A DNA stretch of 64,000 nucleotides from a virus (Duplodnaviria; Caudoviricetes). A program made the translations under genes and the position numbers. Shown here one piece after another: positions 33,681-43,375 of the stretch. The DNA is taken from positions 1 to 64,000 of the IMG/VR virus record IMGVR_UViG_3300013121_000023; one strand, written 5' to 3'. The notes beneath the pieces are model-generated. The model was given only the letters and a program-made list of their open reading frames with translations, made no database searches and was not told the origin of the DNA. How positions within the stretch are numbered: the first letter of the stretch is position 1; the number at the start of each line of letters is the position of its first letter.

Positions 33681-33956
33681 GTGAGCGACGGATCATCTAA
33701 GAGACAAGTGGCTGTCACGACCAAGAGCGGTCGTGCCATAGGTGAAATACTGCTAGAAATAGTAGCGATTCGCCGAAATGATCGTACGTTTAAAGAAGTG
33801 AACGTACACCTGAACGTTGGTACAAAAAGATTGACTATCTTCAGAAGTAATCTAAGTGCTGTCATAGAAGCCCTTAAGAAAGCGTCTGAGGTAGCTGACA
33901 ATATGTACGTAGAAGCGTACACAGAGGAACTAGGAGACCAAAATGAACATCGATGA
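33681..33956 (+). CDS. hypothetical protein
   Basis: First ORF after the promoter. Confidence 0.55.
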   Translation: MSDGSSKRQVAVTTKSGRAIGEILLEIVAIRRNDRTFKEVNVHLNVGTKRLTIFRSNLSAVIEALKKASEVADNMYVEAYTEELGDQNEHR

Positions 33957-34419
33957 CTTCAAGAAGTTGCTCAAGGACGGTAGGTATCAGAATGCGGCGT
34001 CGGCTAGTAAGGCCCTTGGTCGCTCTTCTATGACAGAAGAAGACAAGACGGCTGCGAAGGCCGCGATTGCTCGCAAGTTCAAGGTCGAGAAGACGGCCGA
34101 GAAGGCTCCAGCTGCTAAGGCGGCTACCAAGACGGCTGCTAAGGCTGGTGCGAAGACTGGTGCGAAGGCTGGTATTAATCTCCCAGTTGCTAAGGCGGCT
34201 GCCAAGGTAGAGAAGGTGGTGAAGCGCGGTCCTGGCAGGCCTCCCAAGACTGATAAGAAGGCGGTAGCCCCTGCGGCACCTGTTAAGAGAGGCCCGGGGA
34301 GGCCCAAGAAGACAGTAGAGGCTGCTACCAAAAGCGCCCCCACTGCGAGCGCTCCTGCGAAGCGTCGTGGCCGCCCACCGAAGCAGAAGTCTGCCTCGTC
34401 TGAAGCTACCGCAGTCTGA
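33943..34419 (+). CDS. histone-like AT-hook protein
   Basis: AGGAGA RBS; Lys/Ala repeats; three GRP AT-hook-like motifs. Confidence 0.75.
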   Translation: MNIDDFKKLLKDGRYQNAASASKALGRSSMTEEDKTAAKAAIARKFKVEKTAEKAPAAKAATKTAAKAGAKTGAKAGINLPVAKAAAKVEKVVKRGPGRPPKTDKKAVAPAAPVKRGPGRPKKTVEAATKSAPTASAPAKRRGRPPKQKSASSEATAV

Positions 34420-34448
34420 TTTCAACACCTAGAAAGAAGGAAAAGAAC

Positions 34449-35171
34449 ATGGCAACTGTTTCTGAATGGATTGCTCTTCTGCAAAGCGGTAAGTACCAAG
34501 GCGTCGGCGGCGCCAGCAAGTCTCTCGGGAAGACAGCTAGCAGCAGCGGCTGGTCGGATAAGGAGCGGGCCAAGGCAAAGACTGCTCTTGACACCTACTT
34601 TGGCGGTGATGCCAAGGAGGCAACAGCTGTTGAAGCTGAGCCTGCCCCCGTGAAGATCATTCACGCCAAGACTTCTGAAGGTAAGGCGGTACCTGTTAAC
34701 AAGACTCTTGCCGCACCAAAGGCAAAGAGGGGCAGCTCAGGTACTATGCTAGAGCAGCAGGCTGCTAATGCCGGTGCCAATATGGTACCTGGTATCAAGG
34801 CGCTTACAGATGCAGACATGGTTGCTCGACTGAATGCGTTTTCGAGCGATCACAACCTGCATCAGACCTTGGCCGTTTTGAATATGGCCATTTCGCCAGT
34901 TGGTGCTGGTGGGAAGTCTCTGGCCGACATGTACCCGGCAATAATGGACAAGGTTAGAGAACTGGCGCACAAGGTACTGGACAGGCAGCTGTCTGTTGGC
35001 AGTACTTCTATTCCTGCGGCTTCTAGCGCAGAAGCCAGCACAGCTTCAGTAGTCGAGGCAGCTGAAGTAGAGATAGACGAGGATGCCGTGCCTGCCGTGC
35101 CTGCTACCGCTTTTAGGCGTCAGCCTAAAGAAGAGGTAGTAGACGCTGAGGACGCTGCTGGTGACCTGTTA
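34449..35171 (+). CDS. protein with N-terminal domain paralogous to 33943 (TTA-terminated; standard ORF to 35180)
   Basis: Shared LL..G.YQ....ASK.LG motif; acidic tail. Confidence 0.65.
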
Positions 35172-35178
35172 TTTAGAT

Positions 35179-35211
35179 AAAGGAGGGGCTTAGGCCCCTC
35201 CTTTTTAGCTA
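35179..35211 (+). terminator. hairpin terminator with TTTAGCTA tail
   Basis: AAGGAGGGGC-ttag-GCCCCTCCTT-TTTAGCTA. Confidence 0.8.
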
Positions 35212-35588
35212 GCCCGAATCTTCAAAAGGTTCGGGCTTTCTTCATTTATGGCTACCAAGGCTTCTCCCAAAGAAACCTCATCGCCCATGTCCACTGGTTG
35301 CATGAACCATGACACAGATGCGGTTTCGGTTTCATATGTACACTTGAGATAGTCTTTTGTTTTTTCACAAAACATAACGCTATGAGGGTTTATTTCTGCC
35401 ACCATTTCTTTAGCTTCTCTCAAGCTACGCACCTCAGATATAAGCCTCTTATAGCTAGTCACTGATCCGTCTGATGAAAGTACTTGATTCTTTGGCCAAA
35501 GGATCAATAGTAGGCCTTCTTTAGGTTCTTCAAGCCATTTTGCCTTTAGTAGTTGCACTATGTTTATAGCTTCCTTCATTATAGACAT
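35205..35588 (-). CDS. hypothetical protein
   Basis: 127-aa ORF. Confidence 0.55.
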   Translation of the reverse strand: MSIMKEAINIVQLLKAKWLEEPKEGLLLILWPKNQVLSSDGSVTSYKRLISEVRSLREAKEMVAEINPHSVMFCEKTKDYLKCTYETETASVSWFMQPVDMGDEVSLGEALVAINEESPNLLKIRAS

Positions 35589-35903
35589 ATGAACGGTGTA
35601 GCCTCCGAAATGGTCAAGGATCTCTTGGCCAAGTTTTCTTTTTATCTACCACAACTAGCCAATAACTGTAATGCTGAAGTAAAGATACGTCGAGGAGTAC
35701 CAGATGGGTCTTTTACCGTGGTCGTTACTTGGGCTAAACCAGATGGAAGCACATCAACGTTTACTCAGCCGTTTACAGCTGAGTATGTTTTTGGCGATAC
35801 TTACGATGACGACAAGCCTACTAAAGTAGGTTGTGTTAGACACTTCTGTATGGACATATACAAGAGTGTCACCATGATGAAAGCTAAGGAGTCCAAGCCA
35901 TGA
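35589..35903 (+). CDS. hypothetical protein
   Basis: First gene of a tightly coupled + strand operon. Confidence 0.55.
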   Translation: MNGVASEMVKDLLAKFSFYLPQLANNCNAEVKIRRGVPDGSFTVVVTWAKPDGSTSTFTQPFTAEYVFGDTYDDDKPTKVGCVRHFCMDIYKSVTMMKAKESKP

Positions 35904-36283
35904 GCTACACACTAACGGACGATGAGTTTGAGGCGTTTAAAGCGCTGGCCACGAAGTACGTAACAGACCAAGCAGAACTTAGAAATATAACGTCTTTTAT
36001 AGAGCACGTAGAGAAGAATAACGGCAGAGTTTCTTACTTTGCGGTTATCTTGTGGACAGAGGCTGGTACTGCATTGCCAGCCGGCGCTGTGTACCCTACC
36101 AACTGGCCTGAGTCGCTTAAAACCACAATAAAGCTAGCTAGACCTATTACTAAGAGCGACGTGGACAATACACTCAGATCCGTGGCTATAAAACCGGTTG
36201 GTATACAAATAACGACTACAGACCCAGCCGGTGTCCTAGGTCTTGTTACATATCCAGTAAAGTACGGAGTTGAATATGCATGA
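35900..36283 (+). CDS. hypothetical protein
   Basis: AAGGAG RBS, ATGA overlap. Confidence 0.65.
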   Translation: MSYTLTDDEFEAFKALATKYVTDQAELRNITSFIEHVEKNNGRVSYFAVILWTEAGTALPAGAVYPTNWPESLKTTIKLARPITKSDVDNTLRSVAIKPVGIQITTTDPAGVLGLVTYPVKYGVEYA

Positions 36284-36545
36284 TAGGCGCATAGACACTC
36301 TCCTTACTGTTCGCATCACTAGTCCTTTGGGCAGTGAGTACATACTACCTAATGTACGCGCGTTGGAACTTGATCAAACTGTTTCATTCATGAATGACCA
36401 AGCTTCTAAAATGAGCACTCTTTTGTTGGTAAATTACCAGCAAGCCACACTTTCAGTGCCCATGCGGTTGGTCATAAAAGTGGAAGAAAAAGAAGAAACG
36501 GGTGATTGGGTAGTTAGATGGAGTAGAGATGTCAAAGTGCGTTAA
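36276..36545 (+). CDS. hypothetical protein
   Basis: GGAG RBS, overlapping neighbours. Confidence 0.55.
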   Translation: MHDRRIDTLLTVRITSPLGSEYILPNVRALELDQTVSFMNDQASKMSTLLLVNYQQATLSVPMRLVIKVEEKEETGDWVVRWSRDVKVR

Positions 36546-36825
36546 TTGCGGTAATGACGGGGTTACGAAATCGTTTGTTGGCGCTATTGTATGTGAGCCA
36601 TGCTTTGCCCTGGCTTCTTCTAAATTGGAGCAGATACACAGACAACTAGAACAAATGAAGAACATGGCTATTGAGGCAATACGTGTCGGCCTAATAGAAA
36701 GCAGAATCCATGTACAAGACGCTGGTGCAAGTATGCCGGCTATAGACAAGAAAGGAGTGCTGAAAGAAATTGTCAAACAAGCAACCAGAAAGCAAAATAA
36801 TTGTGAGCCATCAAGGGGTAGATAA
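36529..36825 (+). CDS. Zn-finger protein
   Basis: CVNC..CEPC followed by coiled coil. Confidence 0.55.
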   Translation: MSKCVNCGNDGVTKSFVGAIVCEPCFALASSKLEQIHRQLEQMKNMAIEAIRVGLIESRIHVQDAGASMPAIDKKGVLKEIVKQATRKQNNCEPSRGR

Positions 36826-37195
36826 CATAGGTGAATTTACTGAGTTTGCCGGCCCAGACATACTAAAAGTGGGCCCGTCAGAACTGTTTAGTTTTTCCGG
36901 TGTGCTGTCACTTAACAATGTGGGGCACAACATATATGCCTCGCACTGCAATCTTTCTTTCTTGAGAAAATGCTCGATAAAGAGAGATTCAGTTATTGTT
37001 GACGTTGGACATATATACGTGTGTACTGTTACTAAGCTATCTCTTGATTTTGAATACGATAGATTTTTTACCAGATTTATTGCAACAAATCTGTTTCCAA
37101 ACCATAGTTCAGAAAACGACTCTGCTGTTCCACAGGCCATAGCCATGGTCTTGACCGAGTTTGGAGGCTACGTTGGCAAAGAGAGATGTCGCTAA
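36770..37195 (+). CDS. hypothetical protein (start uncertain)
   Basis: Fills the operon gap. Confidence 0.5.
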   Translation: MSNKQPESKIIVSHQGVDNIGEFTEFAGPDILKVGPSELFSFSGVLSLNNVGHNIYASHCNLSFLRKCSIKRDSVIVDVGHIYVCTVTKLSLDFEYDRFFTRFIATNLFPNHSSENDSAVPQAIAMVLTEFGGYVGKERCR

Positions 37196-38303
37196 GCAGT
37201 ATCAAGACGAGCTTGCTGCTAGGCTGCGAACACAGACCATAGCGCCTCAGAGAAGCGTTCCACCTATACCCAGGTTGAACAGCGAAGTGGTGCCAGGTAC
37301 AACCATGTCAGAACAGGCCATGATGGCGGCTGCTTCTGGCGGTGTACCTAGTAGCTCTATCTTTGATGTAAAACCTCAAGCTGGTCTTCTCCCAAACGAT
37401 GTTCTTGTTCCAGAAGCCAAGAACGATCCAGCTTACAGGCAGGGGGCTGGGGCTGATATAGCCATAAACCAACCAGACCTAGCTCGTAAGCACGGTGTTA
37501 TCAGGGGCGGCAAGAGGTTGGCCCCAGACATGCTTTTTGACAGGTCTGGTCCCCTAGATGGCCCAGTGGGAACAAGAAAGCTTAGCCAAGAGACACAAGA
37601 CAGTCTGCGGGCTTTGGCTGAGTTTAATGAGGCCGCAAAGAAAGCCAACGGACCCACTGAACTTACTGAAGTAAGTGCTAGTAACGATGGCGGCCTTAGC
37701 TCGGCGGCTACAGCTGCTAACACATCTGGTAACAACATAAAGCCTGCTGAAAAAGCACCGACTCTAGAAGAGTTGAAATCGAAGCTAGATGACTTCGATA
37801 TGGACACTCTTCGTACTGCTATGTTGAGAGATATCCTCAACAACGAAGAGCAGCGGTCAATAGTAGAGAAGCGTCTAAAGCCATTGAGCTTGGACAGCAT
37901 TATTATGACTGGGTACGTAGAGCAAGATGTACCTATCATACTCCCAAAAGAGGGAGTCACTGCTGGCTTTATACCTAGATTTAGAAGCGTAGACCCCATA
38001 AGCGACCTCACTATAAAGAGGTGGCTCATGGAAGAAATTTACGGATTGAATGTGTCAGAGCGTTACTACCTGGATAAGTACGCTTTGATGAACATTACCC
38101 TGTCAGTGGTAGCTATAAACGGGAAACATCTTCCAGATCCATACGACGCGGACAAAAAACTAGACCAAAAGCTTTTCTTCACCAAGTTCAATTTCTTGAT
38201 GAAGTACCCAATACACATGATTGCTTCTCTGGGAGTTCATATTTTCTACTTCGATATAAGGTGTAGAAAGCTCTTCGTCGCCGAAGAAATAAAAAATGGC
38301 TAG
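37173..38303 (+). CDS. putative tail assembly chaperone
   Basis: GGAGG RBS before TTG 37173; ends at slippery A AAA AAT. Confidence 0.5.
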   Translation: MAKRDVAKQYQDELAARLRTQTIAPQRSVPPIPRLNSEVVPGTTMSEQAMMAAASGGVPSSSIFDVKPQAGLLPNDVLVPEAKNDPAYRQGAGADIAINQPDLARKHGVIRGGKRLAPDMLFDRSGPLDGPVGTRKLSQETQDSLRALAEFNEAAKKANGPTELTEVSASNDGGLSSAATAANTSGNNIKPAEKAPTLEELKSKLDDFDMDTLRTAMLRDILNNEEQRSIVEKRLKPLSLDSIIMTGYVEQDVPIILPKEGVTAGFIPRFRSVDPISDLTIKRWLMEEIYGLNVSERYYLDKYALMNITLSVVAINGKHLPDPYDADKKLDQKLFFTKFNFLMKYPIHMIASLGVHIFYFDIRCRKLFVAEEIKNG

Positions 38304-38731
38304 CAACTCCTGAAGGGTGGGCTAGAGCATCCTTGCTTCTGCACACCCTGCGTGAGCCACCCCAAAGGGGGTCAGTTCAGGAGTTTGCGCTCACGCTTTT
38401 CATGTTTATGAAAGAACAGATAGAGCATGAAAAGCTGAGGGCTATCGCGCAAATCCTTCTAGATAAGGAATCAGGCGTAAAGGCCTTTGACGAGTACATC
38501 AAGACGGCATTCCCGTGGCACAAGACGGCTCAAGAGAGACACGACAGGGCGATAAAAGAGATGATGGAAAAAGAATTCTCTCGTGGCCCTATCGTCGTTA
38601 CGCCGCAGATAGTTGGGTCTCCTACCAGCAAGCTGTACAACAAAATGGTCAGTAGAGATCCACTAAAAGCACCTGTTGGTAATCCAGAAGTCTATAAGCG
38701 TATAGATAGGGTAGGGTCAAAGTTCCGATGA
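38291..38731 (+). CDS. -1 frame extension of upstream gene (G-T-like frameshift product)
   Basis: No convincing RBS/start of its own; -1 frame open from 38267 across the slippery heptamer at 38291-38297. Confidence 0.55.
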   Translation, partial: KKWLATPEGWARASLLLHTLREPPQRGSVQEFALTLFMFMKEQIEHEKLRAIAQILLDKESGVKAFDEYIKTAFPWHKTAQERHDRAIKEMMEKEFSRGPIVVTPQIVGSPTSKLYNKMVSRDPLKAPVGNPEVYKRIDRVGSKFR

Positions 38732-39150
38732 CTAACGTTATCTACATGTGTCCCAAGTGCAATAGTTCAATGGTTGAGGTATCTCCATTGATAGGCGCTA
38801 ATTCCACATGCAAAGGATGTGGTTTCGAAAGTTCGGCTTCTTCTTTTGTAGCTGTTCCAGTAGATGAAAGAACGCATGCCGAAGCTACTGAATTTTATAA
38901 AAAGGAGCTGAGGAGAAAGTTCCTTCTTTTGTTTTCAGCTAGCTGCGCTGTTCCTGTAGCCAGATTTCTTAGAGAGATAGGGCTGCTTAAAAACGGTACT
39001 AAAGAAGAGATGACGAACCAACTAGCTGGATATATTAAAGCTATGGGCGAGGCCATGTTTGTTGCCATGTTTAAACACATGGAAGAAGAAGAACGGCTAA
39101 AGTCTGAAGCAAGGGTAAAAGGTATCGACAATAAAAGAAAGGCAAACTTA
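38728..39150 (+). CDS. Zn-ribbon protein (TTA-terminated; standard ORF to 39159)
   Basis: CPKC..CKGC; AAC TTA TG coupling. Confidence 0.6.
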
Positions 39151-39824
39151 TGGAACTAAGTCTAAAGTTGATCAGCGTAGACGAGTCCTTTGTACTTAGT
39201 GAAGGGAAAGTATTGCCTGTTATAACACTGGAGTTGCCAGGCGGCATACTGATTAGGTCTTACGTATCTAAAGAAACCCAGGGCATTTTGACTGAGTTGA
39301 TACGTACGGTCTACAGTATACAAAGAGAAGAAGAAGTAGCGCATAGACAAGAAGAGCTAGATCAATATTCAGCACCACCAGAACCAAATGCGTTTTGGGG
39401 CGAGGTACAAGCTCGCAGGGCAGCCCAGGAACAACCATCCAGAAGACCAGCTCCAGCTCCGCCCCCAGTACCTGAGCAAGACACCTCGTATATGACAGCC
39501 CCTATGCCCATATCAGAGCTTATGGCTAGCAAACATAGGGAACGTCAGCAGCAAGCCGAGATGGCCCCGCCTATGGTCTTTGTACCAGGGCAATCACCAT
39601 CTGAGCCGTATTCGTACGTACCTGATGAAGAGGCCAATCAGCCTCCGCAGCCAATGGCTAGAGCCAGGGTTATACCTCAGCCAGAGAAAGCAAGAGGTCC
39701 GGGCCCTAGACCGTTTATGCCGCCCATGTCTGGAACCAGACAAATCATGACTGACGAAAAAGGTAACCCCATATTGCAGCACACTGCCGACGTAGCCAGT
39801 GTGCTGGGGGATTCAGACCTATTA
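39150..39824 (+). CDS. Pro-rich protein (TTA-terminated; standard ORF to 39869)
   Basis: CTA TTA TG coupling. Confidence 0.6.
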
Positions 39825-40297
39825 TGTATGTGTTTCCGTGTAGAGCATGTGGTGTGTGTACGCGAGTAGCTTCTGGAAGCGCTGATACTGCTTCTATTGA
39901 CTACTTGGTTGGTGAACATAGTCCATTTGCCGGTAACTATAAATGCTGCAAATGTGATTCACCGGTACATATACACAAAGAAATAGCTACTGCTGGGTCA
40001 GATCTATTGACAGGTCTTTCTTTTGTAGATCTGACGCCACAAGAGTTCTTTCAAGCGCAGCACGGTATAGGAGTACCGGCAGAGAGGGTTGTGACCAAAG
40101 AAGCCGTCGTGTCCCTCTTGACGCAAAATAAAGTCGTAGATGTAGTGGTAACGGTAGAGCAGGGCGACGTAGCTGTACACGAACTTCGACTGTCTAACGG
40201 ATACAGGTTGTATCTAGCCTCTACCATGGCCGGTCCAACTGTTTACAGAATAAGACCCCCACACAATAGGTCAGAACATGTTGCTACTCAGATATAG
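39824..40297 (+). CDS. Zn-ribbon protein
   Basis: CRAC..CCKC. Confidence 0.6.
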   Translation: MYVFPCRACGVCTRVASGSADTASIDYLVGEHSPFAGNYKCCKCDSPVHIHKEIATAGSDLLTGLSFVDLTPQEFFQAQHGIGVPAERVVTKEAVVSLLTQNKVVDVVVTVEQGDVAVHELRLSNGYRLYLASTMAGPTVYRIRPPHNRSEHVATQI

Positions 40298-40967
40298 AAG
40301 AGTAGACGGTTTTAAATGTGAAGGCGACCTGTTGTCGTCCGAAGACGGTAGCAACTTCACCACTGCCTTCGTATTTACGCATACTACGTACGAAGATATG
40401 ATCAGGTCTATCGCCAAGTACATACCTGCTGGCGGTACACCTATATTCTTCCAGAGAACAGATAAGCAGGGACTCAACCCCTACGCTCTGCCACCTGTTA
40501 TAGCTAACTACATCAAAACCGATGTGGAAAAAGCTATAAAGATGCTTTCGTTTGACAGTCCGACAGCATCTGAAATACTGGCTAAACTAAAACAAAATGG
40601 CGTAAAGCAATCGGCTCCCAAACCAAACCGTACCCGGTCACTACCTTCCGGCTACCCCAAAGAAGTAGATACCATAGGTAAAGAAGTGTACGTAAGGGTC
40701 ACTTACGATCACAGCGTAGAGTGCCCCGGTTGCGGGCATCTTATCTCTGACAGCTATAAAACTGATATTTGTTGTCCCCACTGCAACATGTCAGTTCAGG
40801 CTACCTTGCCGCCATTCATAGGGTGGCTAAAAGTTCTTGTGAAGGACTTGCTTTCTTCTGGTAGAAATGTGTTCTACCTTCCTAGAAGATGGAACCCTCA
40901 CAGAGGATTCTTGGATAGACATCAACTACTAGGCCTACTAGGCTCGTCAAAAAGGAAACAGAAATGA
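40278..40967 (+). CDS. Zn-ribbon-containing protein
   Basis: CPGC..CPHC. Confidence 0.6.
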   Translation: MLLLRYRRVDGFKCEGDLLSSEDGSNFTTAFVFTHTTYEDMIRSIAKYIPAGGTPIFFQRTDKQGLNPYALPPVIANYIKTDVEKAIKMLSFDSPTASEILAKLKQNGVKQSAPKPNRTRSLPSGYPKEVDTIGKEVYVRVTYDHSVECPGCGHLISDSYKTDICCPHCNMSVQATLPPFIGWLKVLVKDLLSSGRNVFYLPRRWNPHRGFLDRHQLLGLLGSSKRKQK

Positions 40968-41293
40968 ACCCTACTGAAGCTACAAAAGGTGTACTTGGTT
41001 CTCAGTCCGTACGGGATAGAACAGACAAGCCAGCACCCAAGAATACAGTTCTATACGCAACCCCTATCAAGTTGTATGCAGTCGTATACGGCGATTCTGA
41101 GGGTATCGAACGAAAAGGTCTGGCGGTGGTGGACGGAGAAGGTGTCGTCTACCTGGCCCCAAATGGCTCAGATTGGGTAGACAGACTAGGGTCTGTGTTT
41201 GATTGGTTCAAGCGCCAGTTCTTGACCAAGATCCCCTCTTCAATTGAAGACAAGAAGCAGTCAGCTCCACCCAAAACCGATGTTCCGCTCTGA
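40964..41293 (+). CDS. hypothetical protein
   Basis: ATGA coupling. Confidence 0.6.
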   Translation: MNPTEATKGVLGSQSVRDRTDKPAPKNTVLYATPIKLYAVVYGDSEGIERKGLAVVDGEGVVYLAPNGSDWVDRLGSVFDWFKRQFLTKIPSSIEDKKQSAPPKTDVPL

Positions 41294-41615
41294 ACAACTG
41301 AGACCGCACAATGACTCCGTTATTGTGCGGTTTATGCCGTTGGTTATGAAACGCGGGGCTATTCACCTTGTTAAAGGTGAAGACGTGTACAAAGCGACTG
41401 TACTAGCCGTTGGTCCAGGCAAGTACTACGGCGACAAAAGAGTGAAACCAGATGTGAAACCAGGTGACATAGTTGTCTTTCACAAAGACAACATGGCACA
41501 TAAATCTGGTAAGGCTCTTGTAAACGCTCTCTCTGACTTTGGTGAGGACATAATCCTTATCAAGGCCGGGGATATACTGTGCGTAGTAGACCCAGATACG
41601 GAGATAACTCTGTGA
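41280..41615 (+). CDS. groES: GroES-like co-chaperonin
   Basis: LRPHNDSVIV, VLAVGPG, VKPGDIV, DILCVV Cpn10 signature. Confidence 0.85.
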   Translation: MFRSEQLRPHNDSVIVRFMPLVMKRGAIHLVKGEDVYKATVLAVGPGKYYGDKRVKPDVKPGDIVVFHKDNMAHKSGKALVNALSDFGEDIILIKAGDILCVVDPDTEITL

Positions 41616-41866
41616 GGCTTGTAGAAAGAACGCAAGAGGGTCGTATAGAACTATGCTGGATGTGGCTACCTCATTGGTTGGCTACAAACAGAAACGCTCT
41701 GACTCAACTAGAGCAGGCTGTAGCAGCCAAGCTAGTTGGTCTAGAAATGACCGACGCTACTCTAGATCTAGCGCATGATCTAGTTGCTGACTCTCTACAA
41801 CGTCAGTACCCAGATGTAAAAGGTCTTCGTAACTATCTGGATTCTCTAAAATTTGTGAGCCTATTA
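41612..41866 (+). CDS. hypothetical protein (TTA-terminated; standard ORF to 41890)
   Basis: GTGA start overlap; CTA TTA TG coupling to next gene. Confidence 0.6.
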
Positions 41867-42414
41867 TGGAACAGCGTAGCGGTAGCCTAACTATTCCTAA
41901 AGGCGTTGGACCCAAAGGCGTTGGTGAAATAATAGCCAACCTCCTACTGTCCAACCCGTTCATATATACTTTCGATGTGAACGCTAGAGGTGTCCTTAGC
42001 TACCGCTACACTGTTAAGCCGGGTAGTGAGGAGCCTAGACCAGCTCTTAATATCGAAGGTTATACACCACAGGCAGTTGTAGCCAATGCGGATATGCGAG
42101 ATGTTCCTTATGACGAAAACGTAAGTGCCCACATAGTTCTGAAAAATGTATTTGATGCTATGAGCAGGGACAGGCTGTATGTAACTTGTTTCATAGCTGC
42201 CAGAAACTCGCCGTTCATGCTCTGGCTGTACCCTGAAGAGAAGACGCAAATACGTCCAAGTACTCTACTAGGGTACCCAGTGTATGAAGATCCCACTCTG
42301 CCCAAAGAGCGAATACTCCTGTGCGCCTCTGAGATACCTATGGGGTATATGCCTGATACGAGCGTCATCTACAACATATTCATGAATGGAGTAAGTGATG
42401 CATCGGTCTTGTAA
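41866..42414 (+). CDS. hypothetical protein
   Basis: Coupled start. Confidence 0.6.
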   Translation: MEQRSGSLTIPKGVGPKGVGEIIANLLLSNPFIYTFDVNARGVLSYRYTVKPGSEEPRPALNIEGYTPQAVVANADMRDVPYDENVSAHIVLKNVFDAMSRDRLYVTCFIAARNSPFMLWLYPEEKTQIRPSTLLGYPVYEDPTLPKERILLCASEIPMGYMPDTSVIYNIFMNGVSDASVL

Positions 42415-42895
42415 GATACTAATAGATTCTGGGGTAATTCCATCTAGTGTCGTAAGTGAGTTTACACGCTGGAAGACGCCTGGCGTCATGGTTTTCGATA
42501 CAGCAGAAGAAGTTGGGTCTGATAAAGTAGAAGACCCAGCTCTTCTCGTAGAAAAACTAAAAAGAGAAAATGAAGTAACGCCGGATATCATAGTCATGGA
42601 CTTTGATATCATGAGTCAGTTTTTCAGAACTAGAAGTTATGGAAAGCTGTTCATAGCCGGTACAGCGCCAGCTATACCTATAGAATTTGGATTGATAGCT
42701 GTAGGTAAAAAGCGTCTCTATATACTACCTAGTCCTAACCTTAGCCCAGATAACGTGGACTTTTTGGTAGAGGATATACTTGCCGACGGTCTTACTTATC
42801 TTGAGTATGGCAACGTCAAAGTGTACTTCACTGAGGTTAGTGAAGTCATGTCCGATGACAAAAAAGTGCTTGTGATATGCAAGCCATCGGAGTGA
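42395..42895 (+). CDS. hypothetical protein
   Basis: Operon ORF. Confidence 0.6.
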   Translation: MMHRSCKILIDSGVIPSSVVSEFTRWKTPGVMVFDTAEEVGSDKVEDPALLVEKLKRENEVTPDIIVMDFDIMSQFFRTRSYGKLFIAGTAPAIPIEFGLIAVGKKRLYILPSPNLSPDNVDFLVEDILADGLTYLEYGNVKVYFTEVSEVMSDDKKVLVICKPSE

Positions 42896-42898
42896 CAA

Positions 42899-43375
42899 AT
42901 GAGTCTTATACGTCAGCTGACCACAATGGGTGGGTTTGAACTAATACGCGATGACTCATCCGGCCCCGTAGCTAAGTATGTTGGTAGAGTTCTGAATAAA
43001 AAAGGAACTCCCGAATACGACAAATGGCTTTTCTGCGTTCACGCTGTGCTAAATACCTGCAACAACGTAGGTAGGGCAAACAACGTGGATATCTCTCAGC
43101 AAATATACCTAGATGACGATAACAAGCTCAGGTATGTTTGGCGGATAGTTTTGAAGGCCGACAGCGAAGAAGATCTGAGAGCGGTTCTAAATAGTTTGTC
43201 TGAGGCGGTAAAGAACATACCTATACCTAAGTCCGCTATAGAGACTACTACTGTGGCTACCGGTAGAAGAACTATGCAGGGTCAAAACGATCGCGGTAAA
43301 GGTGTCGCACTTACTGGTCAGGCTAGAGTCGGTCCCTTGCTTCAGGGACAGCTAGCAGCTTCTAGGAGAATGTTA
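42899..43375 (+). CDS. hypothetical protein (TTA then TGA)
   Basis: ATG TTA TGA with next ATG at 43375 and AGGAGA RBS. Confidence 0.6.
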
